A stretch of 64,000 nt of DNA from Selaginella moellendorffii (GCF_000143415.4 NW_003314263.1:1428165-1492164), one strand, 5' to 3'. Numbered from the stretch's first letter, positions 37,361 to 50,715 are shown. The notes: a model not told the origin generated them from the sequence alone. Made by a program: numbers and translations.

Positions 37361-38892
37361 TGCGGTGCAAGCAAGCAAGTTGGGATCACATGTCCAAGCA
37401 GAGAATGGGGTGCTGATGGAGGGAGTGTTGATGTTTGCTGTGTTGGGAGGCAGCCAAACTACATGGGGCAAGAGAGGAAGGCATTGTGACAAGTGTTGCA
37501 TGTAAAGTGTTAACCATGATTGCACTTATCATCTATCTTGTTGCGAAAAAAAGCAATTTCAAGTTTTGCATATGCCCAATGACATGACAAAAATTAAGTA
37601 GGGCTTTGGGCCAACAACTGTGATTAACCCAAAGTTAATCAATTGCTTCATTCAAGATTTGTCTCTTCAATGGCAGTGGCAGCAAGCGATCCTAATGTAG
37701 GGTCTCAAGACCATATAGACTACAATTACCAGTCATCACTAGATGATGTCTTGCAGTAGCAGCAACAAGTTCTAGGTGATGTAAACATGGGTGGAGAGAG
37801 CAATGAACCAGGTTTGTGTTTATTTTGATAAGGTAGAATCTAATCACTTTCTTTTCTAGGATTTGAGCATTTCTTGAAGTAATGGGTTTGTAACGGGATT
37901 TTTTAGATAAGCGCAAATTATATAGCATCCTAGATCCTAGTGTTTGGAATATAATTGCTTCCTCTGAGGAAACAAAATATGCATGTATTTATATTGTAGA
38001 TTTACAGTTTCATTCGGGTGGTGAGCCACTTCTTATCTATGTATTATCTCAGTACGGTAGGTATGATTTCCAATATGAGGTCCACTCAACAAATATAACA
38101 TTAACATCGAGGTTTTTTAATATCAATTTCACTGACAACTACAATATACACCATGTAACAGCTTCGATGGCAGCCAATGCTACTGATAAATACAGCCACC
38201 TTTTTAAGCCATCTATTGGCTGTGTATTCAACACTACAAGGTTAGAGCTAAGAATCTGAAATATCATTTGGGACTCCATTGTCTCTCAGTAGATAATTTT
38301 TATGGCCACACATATTCAAGCATGGCTAGAGAAGGCTCCTCCAGTGTTTAGCTTTGTTAAGTTATCAAACATTGTTCCACTAAGTTAGTTTGTAAAGGAT
38401 ATTTTGCTTATACTTCTGCAATAGTTGTTGTGGCAATCATTAGTGTGGATCAAATGCCTAACACTACATACATCATATTCATTGTTGATGATCTTGAAGC
38501 TAAAAACACTTATAAGATATTTATAATATTCTAACTGGATTTTTTGGGTAAACTTCAAAAGCAAGTGCATGTGCTAGGTGATATGGACCATGTCTATCAT
38601 GAGCTCAAATTGTCATGGTTTGATAGGGATATGCTATGTCATATTTTCTACCATCTCCAAAGAACTAAAGATAAAAATGTGTTAAAGATTGCACCCTCAA
38701 TTATTGTTTTGAAAATTCCTCACAATACGTCTTGGGACCATATACAAAAGCAACTACACTCTATCTCATCCATATATGGAAACAACTTCTTTAGGATATG
38801 TCTTTCTTGATGTTTACCAGTTGTTCATAATACATGTTTTGTCAATAGATGCATGTCCACTTCATCCTTGAAAACCTTCAAGCAATCTCTAT

Positions 38893-39019
38893 TTCAGTTT
38901 AATGATGAATAACAAATTATATTTAATGATATCCTTAGCATAATTAACAACCCAATCGAGCAAAATTGATATATTTTCATCGATGGTCCTAGTGGTACTA
39001 GTAAAATTTTTCTCACACT

Positions 39020-39072
<53 letters not shown>

Positions 39073-40365
39073 CAACTTTTAAACAAAAATGTAATTAGTA
39101 TGGTCTGGATAGATATTACAAGCATTTTATTGCATAATGGTCAGCTTTTGCTATTATAGATAATAGTGAAGCAAGCCAAAAAATTAAAAATGCAGATGTA
39201 TTAATATGGGATGAAATTAGTATAGTTCACACACATGCATTTTTTGCCATTAATTTAGCATTACAAAAATGAATTACCTTTTGGAGGAATTGTTATTATT
39301 ACAAGTGGTGACTTTAGATAAACACTATTGATTATTCCACACTATTGATTATTTGATTATTTCAAATTCAGTAAAAATAAATAGGTTATAGAAATTTTTT
39401 ATAACACTTTTACTAAAAAGGAATATGAGACTAATTGAAAACAACTCTTTATTGGCTGATTGGCTTCTTTGGATTGAAAATGGTAATAATTATATAAATT
39501 TACCCAATTTGCCTTCAAAATCTATTATATTACCTTACACATAGATAATAATGTCCTCTATTGTTATTTCAAACCCCTATGTTGCATTTAATAAAGTTAT
39601 ACTTACCCCACTTAATGATGATATTTTTCCCATTAATAATGTTATATTCTCTTCCTTACCTAGTGACATACATATTTATGAAAGTGTTGACTTTGTTGAT
39701 ATTGAACACGTAGAAGATTTTTCAATTGAATTCCTAAATTCCTTTCTAGTCTTCCACCACATAAACTCTTACTTAAAGAAGGTATTATCCTTATTTTATT
39801 AAGGAATATATGTCCATCAACTAGACTATGTAATGGTACACACCTCATACTTAAACATTCCTTACCAACAATTCTAGATTGTGAAATTATATTAGGCCAA
39901 TTCAAAGGTACATAAGCTTTTATCCCTTGAATCACTTTAGAAATTCCATTTAAAATGTCTAGAAGACAATTTCTAATGCATTTAGGGTATTGCTTTACAA
40001 TCTCTAAATGTCAAGGCCAAACATTTGACCAAGTTGGAATATATTTGCCACATCCAGTTTTCAGCTATAACCAACTTTATATGGCTTTTATCAAGATGCA
40101 AATCACTAGCAGAACTAGGCATTAAAGTAAAAAACACATCATTCCAAAAGATAGTTATTCCCTTAAGTCCTTCTACTTTCACCATCAACACAATATATAA
40201 GGAGGTTTTATATTAAATCCTCCATGCATTGTTTGTAGCACTGAAACAAATTCTTAATATAAGTTTAATGAATAAATAAAAAAAGCCTTGAAAAGTTTGT
40301 ATTATAACTACAACATTCAAAACAGTATTTACTAATAGGACAGCATATGCTGGGCTAAGTGCTAG
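38893..40365 (+). mobile_element. Helitron remnant, same family as 15110-16590
   Basis: FIDGPSGTSK, VLIWDE, PFGG, VILTPLNDD and TINTIYKEVL. CAGCATATGCTG palindrome followed by CTAG|T at 40362-40365. Confidence 0.87.
39022..39070. repeat. (TA)n microsatellite
   Basis: Direct observation. Confidence 0.95.
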
Positions 40366-41079
40366 TTATCCATCTATTTATCTATAAATACAAATGTATA
40401 TAAAAATAATATTAAATTTAATAATAATTTACTGCGCATTGCATGCAGCAATGCTTGGGTTGCTTAATAGTAACATCATTTTTATCTAGTATTTTAGAAA
40501 TCTAATTGATCAATAATTGTAAACATGTTTATAATTTATAAATCAAGATTAAGCTTATTGCATATCAACCATTAGAATAAATAAGAATATACTAGAAAGT
40601 GTTTAGGATAGTTTATAAATTATAACTAACAGATATAGCATGATAAATTATTCAAGCATATTCTAGGTTTTGCTTAAGCAAACCAAAAAATAAATTTTAT
40701 AATGTTCACATTTTCTTTAGTTCTTTTTCTCTTTGGATTAAGAAGTAAATTAATTATTCTTCATTTGATGAAGTTGACACTAATGAATAAAAAATCTATC
40801 ACCAAGCAATCCACTATTTTTATATACAAGATCAATAGCTATGCTGTGTCTAACAGGAGCAAATACCCATCCTATAACCAAAACAACAAAAACCAGTAAG
40901 AAGAGAAACAAAGTTCTCAGGATTCAAACAACTCACATATCAGCAGCGCTAAGCGCAATTTGATCTCCAGATCCTGCAAATCAAGAGGGAAAACTCAATG
41001 TCTCGAAAGAAAACAAAAAATCAATGTAAGAGGTGATGTCAACATATTGCAGAAGAGAGAGAGACAGAGAGCACACCCC

Positions 41080-41452
41080 ATGGGCTGAATCGTGGCGTGG
41101 CGAGAGAGGAACAAACCTACCTGGGGAAGAGGAAACGGTAATTTCAGCCTTGCGCTTGGTAACCAGCGTGATCTTCTTGGTAACCGGCCGATCTTGCCTC
41201 CCATTACCAGACGCCTCCACTCTGATCCTCCTCAGCGGATCATCTGGCGGATGATCAAACATCACACATTGCGAACCAAGAACAAGAAAAACAAAATCCC
41301 CAAAACTTCACGCTCGCGCGTCCGCCCAAAGCCCTACCATTGACGAAGACGCCATCGGTGTCGAGCTCCATCACCGCCCTGTGCCGATCTGCAGCGTTGC
41401 TGCTACTCCTCGCACATCCATCGTCCTCCCAAATGCGCCTCCAACTCCCCAT
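41080..41452 (-). other. Possible exons of an unidentified gene or gene fragment
   Basis: GC-rich ORF pieces MGSWRRIWEDD... and MFDHPPDDPLRRIRVE... with plausible splice boundaries; no family recognised. Confidence 0.3.
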
Positions 41453-41619
41453 CTCTCTCTCTCTCTCTCTCTCTTCTATTTCTTCCCTCTTCTTCGCGAA
41501 TCGAAATGTTACGACGCTGTTTTATCGCCCAGTTAGGTCACAATCATCGAACGACACGTAAGCGCTGTAAGCTTTGGACACCTGGCGCGATCTCGTTTGA
41601 TTTTCTCCTTTTTAAATTT

Positions 41620-43100
41620 TCTAGGGTTCTTTACGAACTCCATGGACAATATCTTCCAGCCGCATTCTCAGGCCTTCAAACAGCGGCATCATCGTCAGGG
41701 GCGTGGCCGACGATTTCGATCAGAATGCGATGAAGACCAAGGCTCCAGGCAAGGCGAGGGAAGATGGAGAGGCCACAAAGGCGGGCAAGGAGAAGGAGGA
41801 CAAGGAGGAGGTGAGTGAATTGGATCTACTGGATTTGCAATTCGCGAAAATCGAGACTACAACAAGAACAACAATAGCAAGCCGGAGTCCCTGGAGCCAA
41901 TCGTCCAGGAGATCCCGCTCCTACCGCCCTTTGGATCTGACGAGGAGCTCATGGAGTACGTGACAGCGGTCATGAAAGAAACGCCGTGGCGGCAGCTCTA
42001 CACCAAGCTCGCAGTTCTAGTCAAGGCTCACCACGTCCCAGAGATCATCAAACGAGCCAGGGATTCGCCAGTGGTGTTTAGTTTCTTCATGTGGGTGAGA
42101 GCCAGGTGACACATCCGTCTGGATTCCTCCATGTTTTACGCTGCTCTTCGAGGTTCTAAGCTCCACCGACAAGCCGGAGGAGATGCTCGACCAGATGCCA
42201 AAGTGGATTCCCCATTGTTGTGACGGTGATGCATGCTTACAGGAGGCTGGACAGGGCCGGGGACGCTCTCAAGCTCTTCTTGAAGATGGAGGAGCTCGGG
42301 GTGAAGTATCCGAAGACCTTGACTTTCAACTGTATGTGCGACTTACAGTTTGATATGGTACACAAGAGGATGACGATGATGAGGAAGATGAACGCTCTCA
42401 TGTACGAGATTCTCATCGCCAAGATCTGCCGGGCGAGCAGGCTTGCTCGCTCTTCCGGGAGATGATCAAATCCGGCTATGCTTCTCCCGCGGACTGTCTG
42501 CCGGTGGTGGAGAGCAGCTACAAGAAGTGCAAGATCGAGATGGTGTGGAGCTTCATCAAGGAGCTTCCCAAGCTTCCGGACTGCGATTTCGACGAGAAGA
42601 TCATATACTCTCTCGTCAAGAGACTTATGATCTGGCTAGGAAGCTGTTTCAATTGGTGATGAGCACGGGGAAGAAGTTGCCAGCGGATACTTACAACCTT
42701 TTCATCCTCAAGCTGCGCACGACTGACGGCAGCGAGCAGACCTTTGATCTCATGAAGCAGAACGGATGGCGTTCCAGACACGCGCAGCTCGCTGGTGCGA
42801 GCGGGATCGATCGGCGAGGCCTATCAGCTCTCTGTGGAGATGATGGACAAAGGCTACCAGGCTATCACTTACATAATCGTGCAGATCCTCAACAGGGACG
42901 GGAAGATGAACGCGAGCACCGTCACGGAAGCCATGACGAAGCTCAAGGAGAAGGGAAAGTTTGAGGGAGCAGGGACGTGCCTCGACAAGCTTTCGTAGCA
43001 AAAACTTTTGCCGTCTGGGAAAGGCAAGGGATCGAAGGGAAGGTTCTGGTGAAAGTCTTCCAAAAGGATGGATGGAGGCTGGAAGATCTCTACATGTTTC
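41620..43100 (+). pseudogene. Pseudogene copy of the PPR gene at 48769-50715
   Basis: High nucleotide similarity with many 3-30 bp deletions, one ~310 bp deletion near 42432, stops and frameshifts. Confidence 0.95.
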
Positions 43101-43577
43101 GTTCTACTCGCAAAAGCTTGAGTTTTTCGTTTCACTGCGCTCTCGATTTGATAGTTCTGTTTTGTTTTGTGCAGTAGCTTTGAGAGAACTTTTCACTGCT
43201 GTGAGTGATCTGAAGCATTGATTTGTGGAGAGAGAAGTTTGGAGAGCGGTGTGTGGAATATCTCCCACACGACGACAATAATGCAGGTATGGGATAATAT
43301 TCTCTCGAAAGTGCGGCTGCCTCCACTGTCGCTGGCGGCTGCGCAAAGCGGCCACGCTATATATAAAGTCGTGGAGCCAGGTGATAACTCGCCACTCTCA
43401 TTTTCAGAGCTCTCAGTGCTATTTGATTCCTTCCAGCTTGACATCTTTCTTGCAGACCGCTTTCAATCGATCGTCTCTGTTCCCCAGCCTCGAGAAAAGT
43501 CCACTTTGCTGTTCCAGTGCTTCTCTAGCTCGTCCGTCTTTGAAAGATCAAGCTTTGGCCGATCTGGTTGATCCGAG

Positions 43578-43811
43578 ATGGGATTTCTGGCAAGGTTGTG
43601 GGACGATGTTGTTTCTGGGCATGATCCTGGGATGAATCTGCGGGATCCAAAGCTTGAAGGATCATCGCAAGGAGCTCCTTTCGCCCAACGAGAGAAAGAC
43701 AAGTCAGGGAATACGAGTGATCGAGAACGAAGAACCGGAGATCCTAGCATTACAAGACAATTATCTCCCAGTGTCTCGGATTGGCTCGTTCTCAGCATTC
43801 TAGACAGATAA
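43578..43811 (+). CDS. Dormancy/auxin-associated protein (DRM1/ARP)-like, 77 aa
   Basis: MGFLARLWDDVVSG...SPSVSDWLV matches the family termini (LWDDVVAG / SPTVYDW). The ORF is kept in both duplicates. Confidence 0.72.
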   Translation: MGFLARLWDDVVSGHDPGMNLRDPKLEGSSQGAPFAQREKDKSGNTSDRERRTGDPSITRQLSPSVSDWLVLSILDR

Positions 43812-44210
43812 AAACAAGAAAGCTTCTCAAAGTTTGCTCTTTGCAAAGAAAGATCTTTGTCTTGTGAAAGTCCTGCTCTTCGCAAAATCTACGTGATCTA
43901 AGCTTGAAAAGAAAAATTTTCTAAACTGAAGTTCTGATTGGTGGATCCAAACTTTCGATTCGATCTTGGATCTAATGATTTTGTTCCGCCAGGAAATTTC
44001 AACCATCAGTAGCGGAAGTTCTTTATATTCATCGCCACCATCTCAGAGAACATCGTTTGGTCTTTCACATTCTCTCCAGTGTTCTTACTTACCTTGATCT
44101 CTTTCTTTCAGCGACCTGTGAATCCAGACAGCGAACGCTTTGAATTGGACTGGATTCATGAAAGTCGCCGAGAATTGAATTGAATGCCAGCGCCCTCGAG
44201 AATTCCTTCT

Positions 44211-44483
44211 CTACACTGCCATGGCGATGGATCCCTCCTCCTGGAAGTGGAGGAGCAAGAGCATGGCTTCCCTCTCCAGACGAAGCCCAAGGTAGAGGAT
44301 CATCAAAACGTAGGCCAAGATCGCGAGAGCTCCCAAGGGCCCGAGCGCCGCACGGTACAAGCTCGCAGCGCTGGAATCCATCACGGCTGTGGAGACGAAA
44401 TAGCCGCCAGCAAATGCGACGCAAATGCCAATCGCCCACGCCACTAATCTCATCATCAACACACAAAGGAAGAAACAACGCAT
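44211..44483 (-). CDS. Putative small two-TM membrane protein
   Basis: Two hydrophobic stretches. The paralogous region (~51850-52075) is altered by indels. Confidence 0.3.
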   Translation of the reverse strand: MRCFFLCVLMMRLVAWAIGICVAFAGGYFVSTAVMDSSAASLYRAALGPLGALAILAYVLMILYLGLRLEREAMLLLLHFQEEGSIAMAV

Positions 44484-47263
44484 CGATGGATAGAAAAGGA
44501 ATCGCGAGGACCTACAGTGGTTCCTGAGCCCTCCATCGCCGCAAGAGCCACAAAGTTCTCCGCGAGAGAATGGATGGAACAGGACATCTTATATGATTCT
44601 TATCATATAAGTCCCATCTTATATGATTCCCCTCCACTACGAGGACGTGATGGGCATCCTGGAAAGGAAGAGAAGATCGCGAGATTCACAAAACGAAATA
44701 AGGCATTGTTTTGGATCTATGGTGAGGGCTCCAGATCTGCGTTGGAGAGAGGAATTCCAAGGCAGAGAGAAAGGAAAGGAACCAAGCACCACACTCATAC
44801 ATACAATGCGGGTTATCTGAATTTCCTAAAATTAAATGCCCTGGGTGTTTGGTTGTTCGTGGGAGAGTGGAGCTCCGAAGATGGCTTTGGATATGATGCA
44901 AAAAAGTGACTACCATCCAAGCATTTTCTCAAAAGGCTTGTGTGATTCCAGAAGGAGGAAGTGAGCTTTCTCTGGAAGTACTTCACAAGGAGGATGACAT
45001 GAGCGAGCTGCAAAGATTGTCAGCTGATGCTACAGCCGATCCACAAAAACAACTTGCAAGAGAAAATTCACCACCAAGGTCAACAATACTTTGAGCGTGA
45101 GGCTTTATTCGCAAGTCCATCACTAGCATCTTTAGCCAAGTTACAGACTTAAGATGTTCGCTTTGGGAAGGCTGGCCGATATCAGCAATAGAGCCACTCA
45201 TCTCCGCATTCGTGCCAGGCCGGAGATCCCAGAGCTTTGTGTTTCCAGTTTTCATGCGAAACGATAACCAGGGTGCACCTAGTTTCAGAACCAATTGTCG
45301 GTATAAGCAATCAAGGAAACGTTTTGTAGAATTACCTCGAATTGCCTCGAATGGAAGGCTCAGTGGCAGAAGACCTGGAGGAGTTCAGCAAATAAACAGC
45401 TCATGAGATCATCAAAACAGTTTACTATAATCTGTTAGTCTCATGGTTCTTGGTGGGTGCCACAAGACCTTGTAAATAGCTAGTGAATGAATGAATGAAA
45501 TGAAACCGAGAGGAGATTCAAGTTCTATACCTTTAAATAGTTCCAGCTCTGCATATAATAACCTAAAATTTGGTGAAGTAATCACAAGAATGGTTAAGGA
45601 GCTCCAGGGGTTCGTTTTATATTCGTTGAAGCTCAATCGATAATGACCAGATAAAGTTAGCACTTAACAACCTCAAAGTAAGCACAAGCACAATGCCAGA
45701 AAACTATACCTGGACATCAACTTGCACTTCAGGTACTTTCTGAAAAAGATTCTGCAAAGGATCACATGTAAACCTTGAGCTTACCATCAATTCTGACTAC
45801 CATGTTTACTCCTGAAATCTATCAGTAAGAATATATAAAAGAACAAAATTCCAGATGCTTACGTCCATGTCTAAAACATCGAGATGGACAGCATAAACTT
45901 CCTGTGACATCCGTTTGAAAGCTTTAAATGACCAAGATCAACCTCGATGTACTGCCTAGGGTGGGTGCCAACAGTCCAAGTTGGTTCTAATCCACATAAG
46001 CACAATGGAATTCATCCATGTGACTGGCTTGGGCTGTTTCTTTCTCTTCATTTGTGTTTCCTCTTGCCCTGGCTGCTCCTGAGCTCATGGAACTTGCCAA
46101 TTTCAGCTCTAAAGGCCTTGTTGCAGGAAGATTACTGCCCACCAGCTCACAACACTAAGGAGATATTGCACATAAATTCTTCAGTGAATCCTTCTTACTC
46201 CTAGCTTCTCAGTCATGACAGAAACAGCCTCTATCTCTCTCCCACACACAACTTTGTTCTCAAATGTGCCTAGGAACACTGTTGGTTTGCAGCTATTTGC
46301 AATGCACACCAAGATTCTCAAATCCAACTTGCCCAAGAAGGTGACAAGCTCTTTCTTGCATCAGGACTTGCTCCCAATCAATCCAACTCTGTAGAGAATT
46401 CTCTTAGGACTTCCAGAACGTTCAATATCCCCTCTCTGCAATACTAGAAAGATGGGACAAGCTTAGAATCCTCTCTAGACACTCCAGAACTTCTTTGAAC
46501 ACACTTAAATTGCTGTTATAAGCTTGGGAACATTGCTGGAGTGCAGTTTGCCAGTTACAAAGAGATTCCTCTCAAAGAACACTCTCCTCTTTCTAACAAA
46601 GATGCAAACTTGTTTCTAAAACCAAAGGGTCACAATTGTCTTTCCAGCTTCCTTTTTATCCTCCAAAGCTGAGATCCTTCTGATATTTATGATGCTTGCC
46701 ATATCCCAGCTTAAGATATCACCATATGCCACATGGATCAAATGACACTTCAACTATTTCTAGCATTTCTCCAGTACAACTATACTGCCTTAACCACCTC
46801 TAGGATGCAAAATTCTTTTGCACCTTCATCATACCTGCATTTCTTCAACCTTTCCATCCTTGTTTTCAGCATCCTCTACTATCACAACTTCCTTCACATG
46901 TTCTAGTTCTTTTTTAGCTATCGAGACTTCCTTCTTGGTTACTGATGATGCTAGGTTCCCTTGAATTCCCCTTCTGTCACTTTCCACCTCCTCCAAAAGG
47001 CTCTAGTCTCAAGTCTTCTTAACTTCATTGCCTCTGCTGCTTACTCCTTTTGCCTCCTCTTGATGTTGATGAGCTTCCTTGATGCCTGGTCCTTGTAATG
47101 GACTCACCTCAGTCCCACTTATAATCTCCTTTAGGTTCAGTTGATTATGTCATGCTGAAGCCTTCATGTCCCTAGGTCCTTCTTCCAACAAGATTCTTCA
47201 CTCTTCTCCATCCTTCAGCTCCTGGCTTACCTTGGCTGTATGCTGGGAATTCTGATCCTTAGA

Positions 47264-47267
<4 letters not shown>

Positions 47268-47342
<75 letters not shown>
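47268..47342. repeat. (CT)n microsatellite
   Basis: Direct observation. Confidence 0.95.
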
Positions 47343-47344
<2 letters not shown>

Positions 47345-48609
47345 GTAGCACTTTAGAACAAAAGAAAAAGATCACCATTTCACATAAAAGAGTGAAGGGT
47401 TAACAAGTGGTAACTGAATTCCTAGCCAGCTTTTGGTTCGTAGGTTGATTCTCTTGTCTTTCAATATTTTTTTGCAAGAAAATTAGAGTGTTTTTTGAGA
47501 TTTATTTCTAGAGAAGCCAAGAGTATGCCTAAATGTTTTATTTGCATCAAGTTTCATCAAATTCCAACATTTAGAAGTGATACAAGGTAAATTTTACTCA
47601 AACTCATGACTTGGTGCATATGAGGGTATTTTAGGGAGATTTTCTTTTCTTATGTCACAAGTTTATGTTCTAAGTTTCATGTCTTAATTTATAAGTGTTG
47701 TATTGGAGTATCTCTCATGTTCTCAACCCATTTCTTTGTGTTGAGTGGAGAAGATTTAAAAATTACTACATATCCTTACTTTGAGTGAGTATAGAGTTTT
47801 TCAGAGAGTGTTTTGTTTTACCTATTCTGGTAATTTCTTTCTGTTTAAGCTTATTCCACAGTCTAGCATTTGCAGTAATTTAGTTTTGACTTGGCCTTTT
47901 TCACAAAGACTAGTCCTTAGTGACTTGGGAAGTTTTTTTAACTTCACCGTGAACTAGAATATTATATAGCACTTTTGGTGAGCAAGTCTTCTAGCTCAAA
48001 TGCAGATGCCAAGACAAGAGATTTGAGTAGAGTGACTCATTTCAATTTAGCTAGAGGTGATCCATTTCCCTTATAATCAGGAGGAGTGCATTAAGTTTCT
48101 ATTATATCACTTGTACTAACTCAACAACAAAAAATCAACAGCCACCCCTACCTCCTACACTTCCAGCACCAACAATCCATATTTTGGAATGGAGCTCCTT
48201 TTTTTTGGGCCAGGCTTAGGGATATTAATGGATGATTATATTATAGTGTTCTCATATAATGCCATAAAGTGTAAAGTCTTCTCATAGTATATGTAGCCAA
48301 GTATGATATTGGGTGCTTATGTTAGAGTTAAAGGAGAAATAGAACTTTAGGGCACTATATAAGTTATAAATTTTCCTTTGCCAATTTGTTAGTTTAGCTT
48401 GATTAATTTTTAACTTGCCAAGATCCACTTCTATTGTATTAACTTCTACTTAATTTTACTTTGTTTCAACTATTCACTACATGAGCAATGAAGTATTAGC
48501 CATTTCTTCATAAATTCCTAAACTCTTTTCCTTAATTCTTCACATGAGAACCTAATGCACCTGGCGGGATCTCGAATCATAAAGCTCCAGCAGAAGAGGT
48601 TTTATAACT

Positions 48610-48683
48610 GGCCTTCTAGCTCAGTTGGTCAGAGCGTCGTGCTAATAACGCGAAGGTCACAGGTTCGAGACCTGTGTGGGCCA
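48610..48683 (+). tRNA. tRNA-Ile (AAT)
   Basis: GGCCTTC TA GCTCAGTTGGTCAGAGC G TCGTG CT AAT AA CGCGA AGGTC ACAGG TTCGAGA CCTGT GTGGGCC A, followed by an oligo-T Pol III terminator at 48691. Confidence 0.95.
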
Positions 48684-48768
48684 CTAATCATTTTTTTCTT
48701 TATGCCTTAATGTCTTAGGGCTTTGTTTTTCTTTTTAAATGCGAGGGTTTTTCTAGGGTTCTTGCGAG

Positions 48769-50715
48769 ATGAGGGTCGGATTCCAGATCGCCAGGGCGGT
48801 CGCAAGAGCGCTCCATGGATCCGGCAATGCGGTATCTTCCAGCCGCATTTTCAGGCCTTCGAGCAGCAGCATCATCGTCAGGGGCCTGGCCGACGATTTC
48901 AGCAGCCTCTTCGATCAGAATGCGATGAAGACCAAGGCTCCAGGCAAGGCGAGGGAAGATGGAGAGGCCACAAAGGCGGGCAAGGAGAAGGAGGACAAGG
49001 AGGAGGTGAGTGAATTGGATCTACTGGATTTGCAATTCGCGAAAATCGAGACTACAACAAGAACAACAACGGTGAGTGATAGCAAGCCGGAGTCCCTGGA
49101 GCCAATCGTCCAGGAGATCCCGCTCCTACCGCCCTTTGGATCTGAGGAGGAGCTCATCGAGTACGCGACTGCGGTCGTGAAAGAAACGCCGTGGCGGCAG
49201 CTCTACACCAAGCTCGCAGTTCTGGGTGATCAAGTCAAGGCTCACCACGTCCCAGAGATCATCAAACGAGCCAAGGATTCGCCGGTGGTGTTTAGTTTCT
49301 TCATGTGGGTGAGAGCCAGGCGACACATCCGTCTGGATTCCTCCATGTTTACGCTGCTCTTCGAGGTTCTAAGCTCGACCGACAAGCCGGAGGAGATGGA
49401 GTGGCTCCTCGACCAGATGCCAAAGTGGGGGATTCCCGTGGAGGACTCCATGGTTGTGACGGTGATGCTGGCTTACGGGAGGCTGGACAGGGCCGGTGAC
49501 GCTCTCAAGCTCTTCTTGAAGATGGAGGAGCTCGGGGTGAAGTATCCCAAGACCTCGACTTTCAACTGTATCTTGCGATTACTCCTCAACGCGGGCCGGA
49601 ACTTACAGTTCGATATGGTACACAAGAGGATGACGATGATGAGGAAGATGAACGCTCTCACGTACGAGATTCTCATCGCTAAGGTTTGCCGGTTTGGCGC
49701 CGCCGAGAGCGCGTATGAAGTTTTCCAGGAGATGAAAGATGTGGAGCACCAGCCGAGCGTGGCTGCTTACGCGAGCTTGGTGGAGAGCTTGAGCAAGGCG
49801 GGTAGAGAGGACATAGCTATCCAGGTGCTGGAAGAGATGGAAACTCCTTCAGCCGAGGTTTACAACCCGCTGGTGAGGAACTTGGTCCTGGCAGGGAAGC
49901 TAGGCGTGGCACTGACACAGTACAAGAAGATGCTGGAGGCTAAACTCAAGCCGGTTTCCTCGACTTGCATTCCCATACTCACGGAGCTCGTGATCACCGA
50001 GAGAAGCGAGCAGGCTTGCTCGCTCTTCCGGGAGATGATCAAGTCCGGCTATGCTTCTCCCGCGGACTGTCTGCCGGTGGTGGAGAGCAGCTACAAGAAG
50101 TGCAAGATCGAGATGGTGTGGAGCTTCATCAAGGAGCTTCCCAAGCTTCCGGACTGCGATTTCGACGAGAAGATCATATACTCTCTCGTCAAGGGACTTA
50201 TGGACAGGGAGAGGCTTGATCTGGCGAGGAAGCTGTTTCAGTCGGTGCTGAGCACGGGGAAGAAGTTGCCGGCGGATACTTACAACCTTTTCATCCTCAA
50301 GCTGCGCACCACCGACGGCAGCAAGCAGATCTTCGACCTCATGAAGCAGAACGGATGTGTTCCGGATACTCGCAGCTACAACGGCATGATCGAGGCGCTG
50401 GTGCGAGCGGGATCGATCGGCGAGGCGTATCAGCTCTTTGTGGAGATGATGGACAAAGGCTACCAGGCTGATGCGATCACTTACAAGCTGCTCATGCAGA
50501 TCCTCAGCAGGGACGAGAAGATGAACGCGAGCACCGTCACGGAAGCCATGACGAAGCTCAAGGAGAAGGGGAAGTTTGAGGCAGCAGGGACGTACCTCGA
50601 CAAGCTTTCGCAGCAAAAGCTTTTACCGTTTGGGAAAGGCAAGGGGATCGAAGGGAAGGTTCTGGTGAAAGTCTTGCAAAAGGATGGACGGAGGCTGGAA
50701 GATATCTACATGTGA
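48769..50715 (+). CDS. P-class pentatricopeptide repeat protein, 648 aa, intronless, probable mitochondrial targeting
   Basis: 35-aa repeats (TYEILIAKVCRFGAAESAYEVFQEMK; SYNGMIEALVRAGSIGEAYQLFVEMMDKGYQAD) and an Arg/Ser-rich N-terminus. Confidence 0.95.
   Translation: MRVGFQIARAVARALHGSGNAVSSSRIFRPSSSSIIVRGLADDFSSLFDQNAMKTKAPGKAREDGEATKAGKEKEDKEEVSELDLLDLQFAKIETTTRTTTVSDSKPESLEPIVQEIPLLPPFGSEEELIEYATAVVKETPWRQLYTKLAVLGDQVKAHHVPEIIKRAKDSPVVFSFFMWVRARRHIRLDSSMFTLLFEVLSSTDKPEEMEWLLDQMPKWGIPVEDSMVVTVMLAYGRLDRAGDALKLFLKMEELGVKYPKTSTFNCILRLLLNAGRNLQFDMVHKRMTMMRKMNALTYEILIAKVCRFGAAESAYEVFQEMKDVEHQPSVAAYASLVESLSKAGREDIAIQVLEEMETPSAEVYNPLVRNLVLAGKLGVALTQYKKMLEAKLKPVSSTCIPILTELVITERSEQACSLFREMIKSGYASPADCLPVVESSYKKCKIEMVWSFIKELPKLPDCDFDEKIIYSLVKGLMDRERLDLARKLFQSVLSTGKKLPADTYNLFILKLRTTDGSKQIFDLMKQNGCVPDTRSYNGMIEALVRAGSIGEAYQLFVEMMDKGYQADAITYKLLMQILSRDEKMNASTVTEAMTKLKEKGKFEAAGTYLDKLSQQKLLPFGKGKGIEGKVLVKVLQKDGRRLEDIYM

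Larger units (their letters stand above)
41578..44800 (+). repeat. Segmental duplication of ~48558-52310
   Basis: Colinear PPR, DRM1-like gene and downstream sequence. The tRNA is absent from this copy. Confidence 0.9.

Noticed and set aside
47344-48481. Possible solo LTR (TGTAG...CTACA)
   Set aside because: No TSD, second copy, PBS or PPT visible.
49900-50616. 238-aa minus-strand ORF
   Set aside because: Antisense shadow of the GC3-rich PPR CDS.
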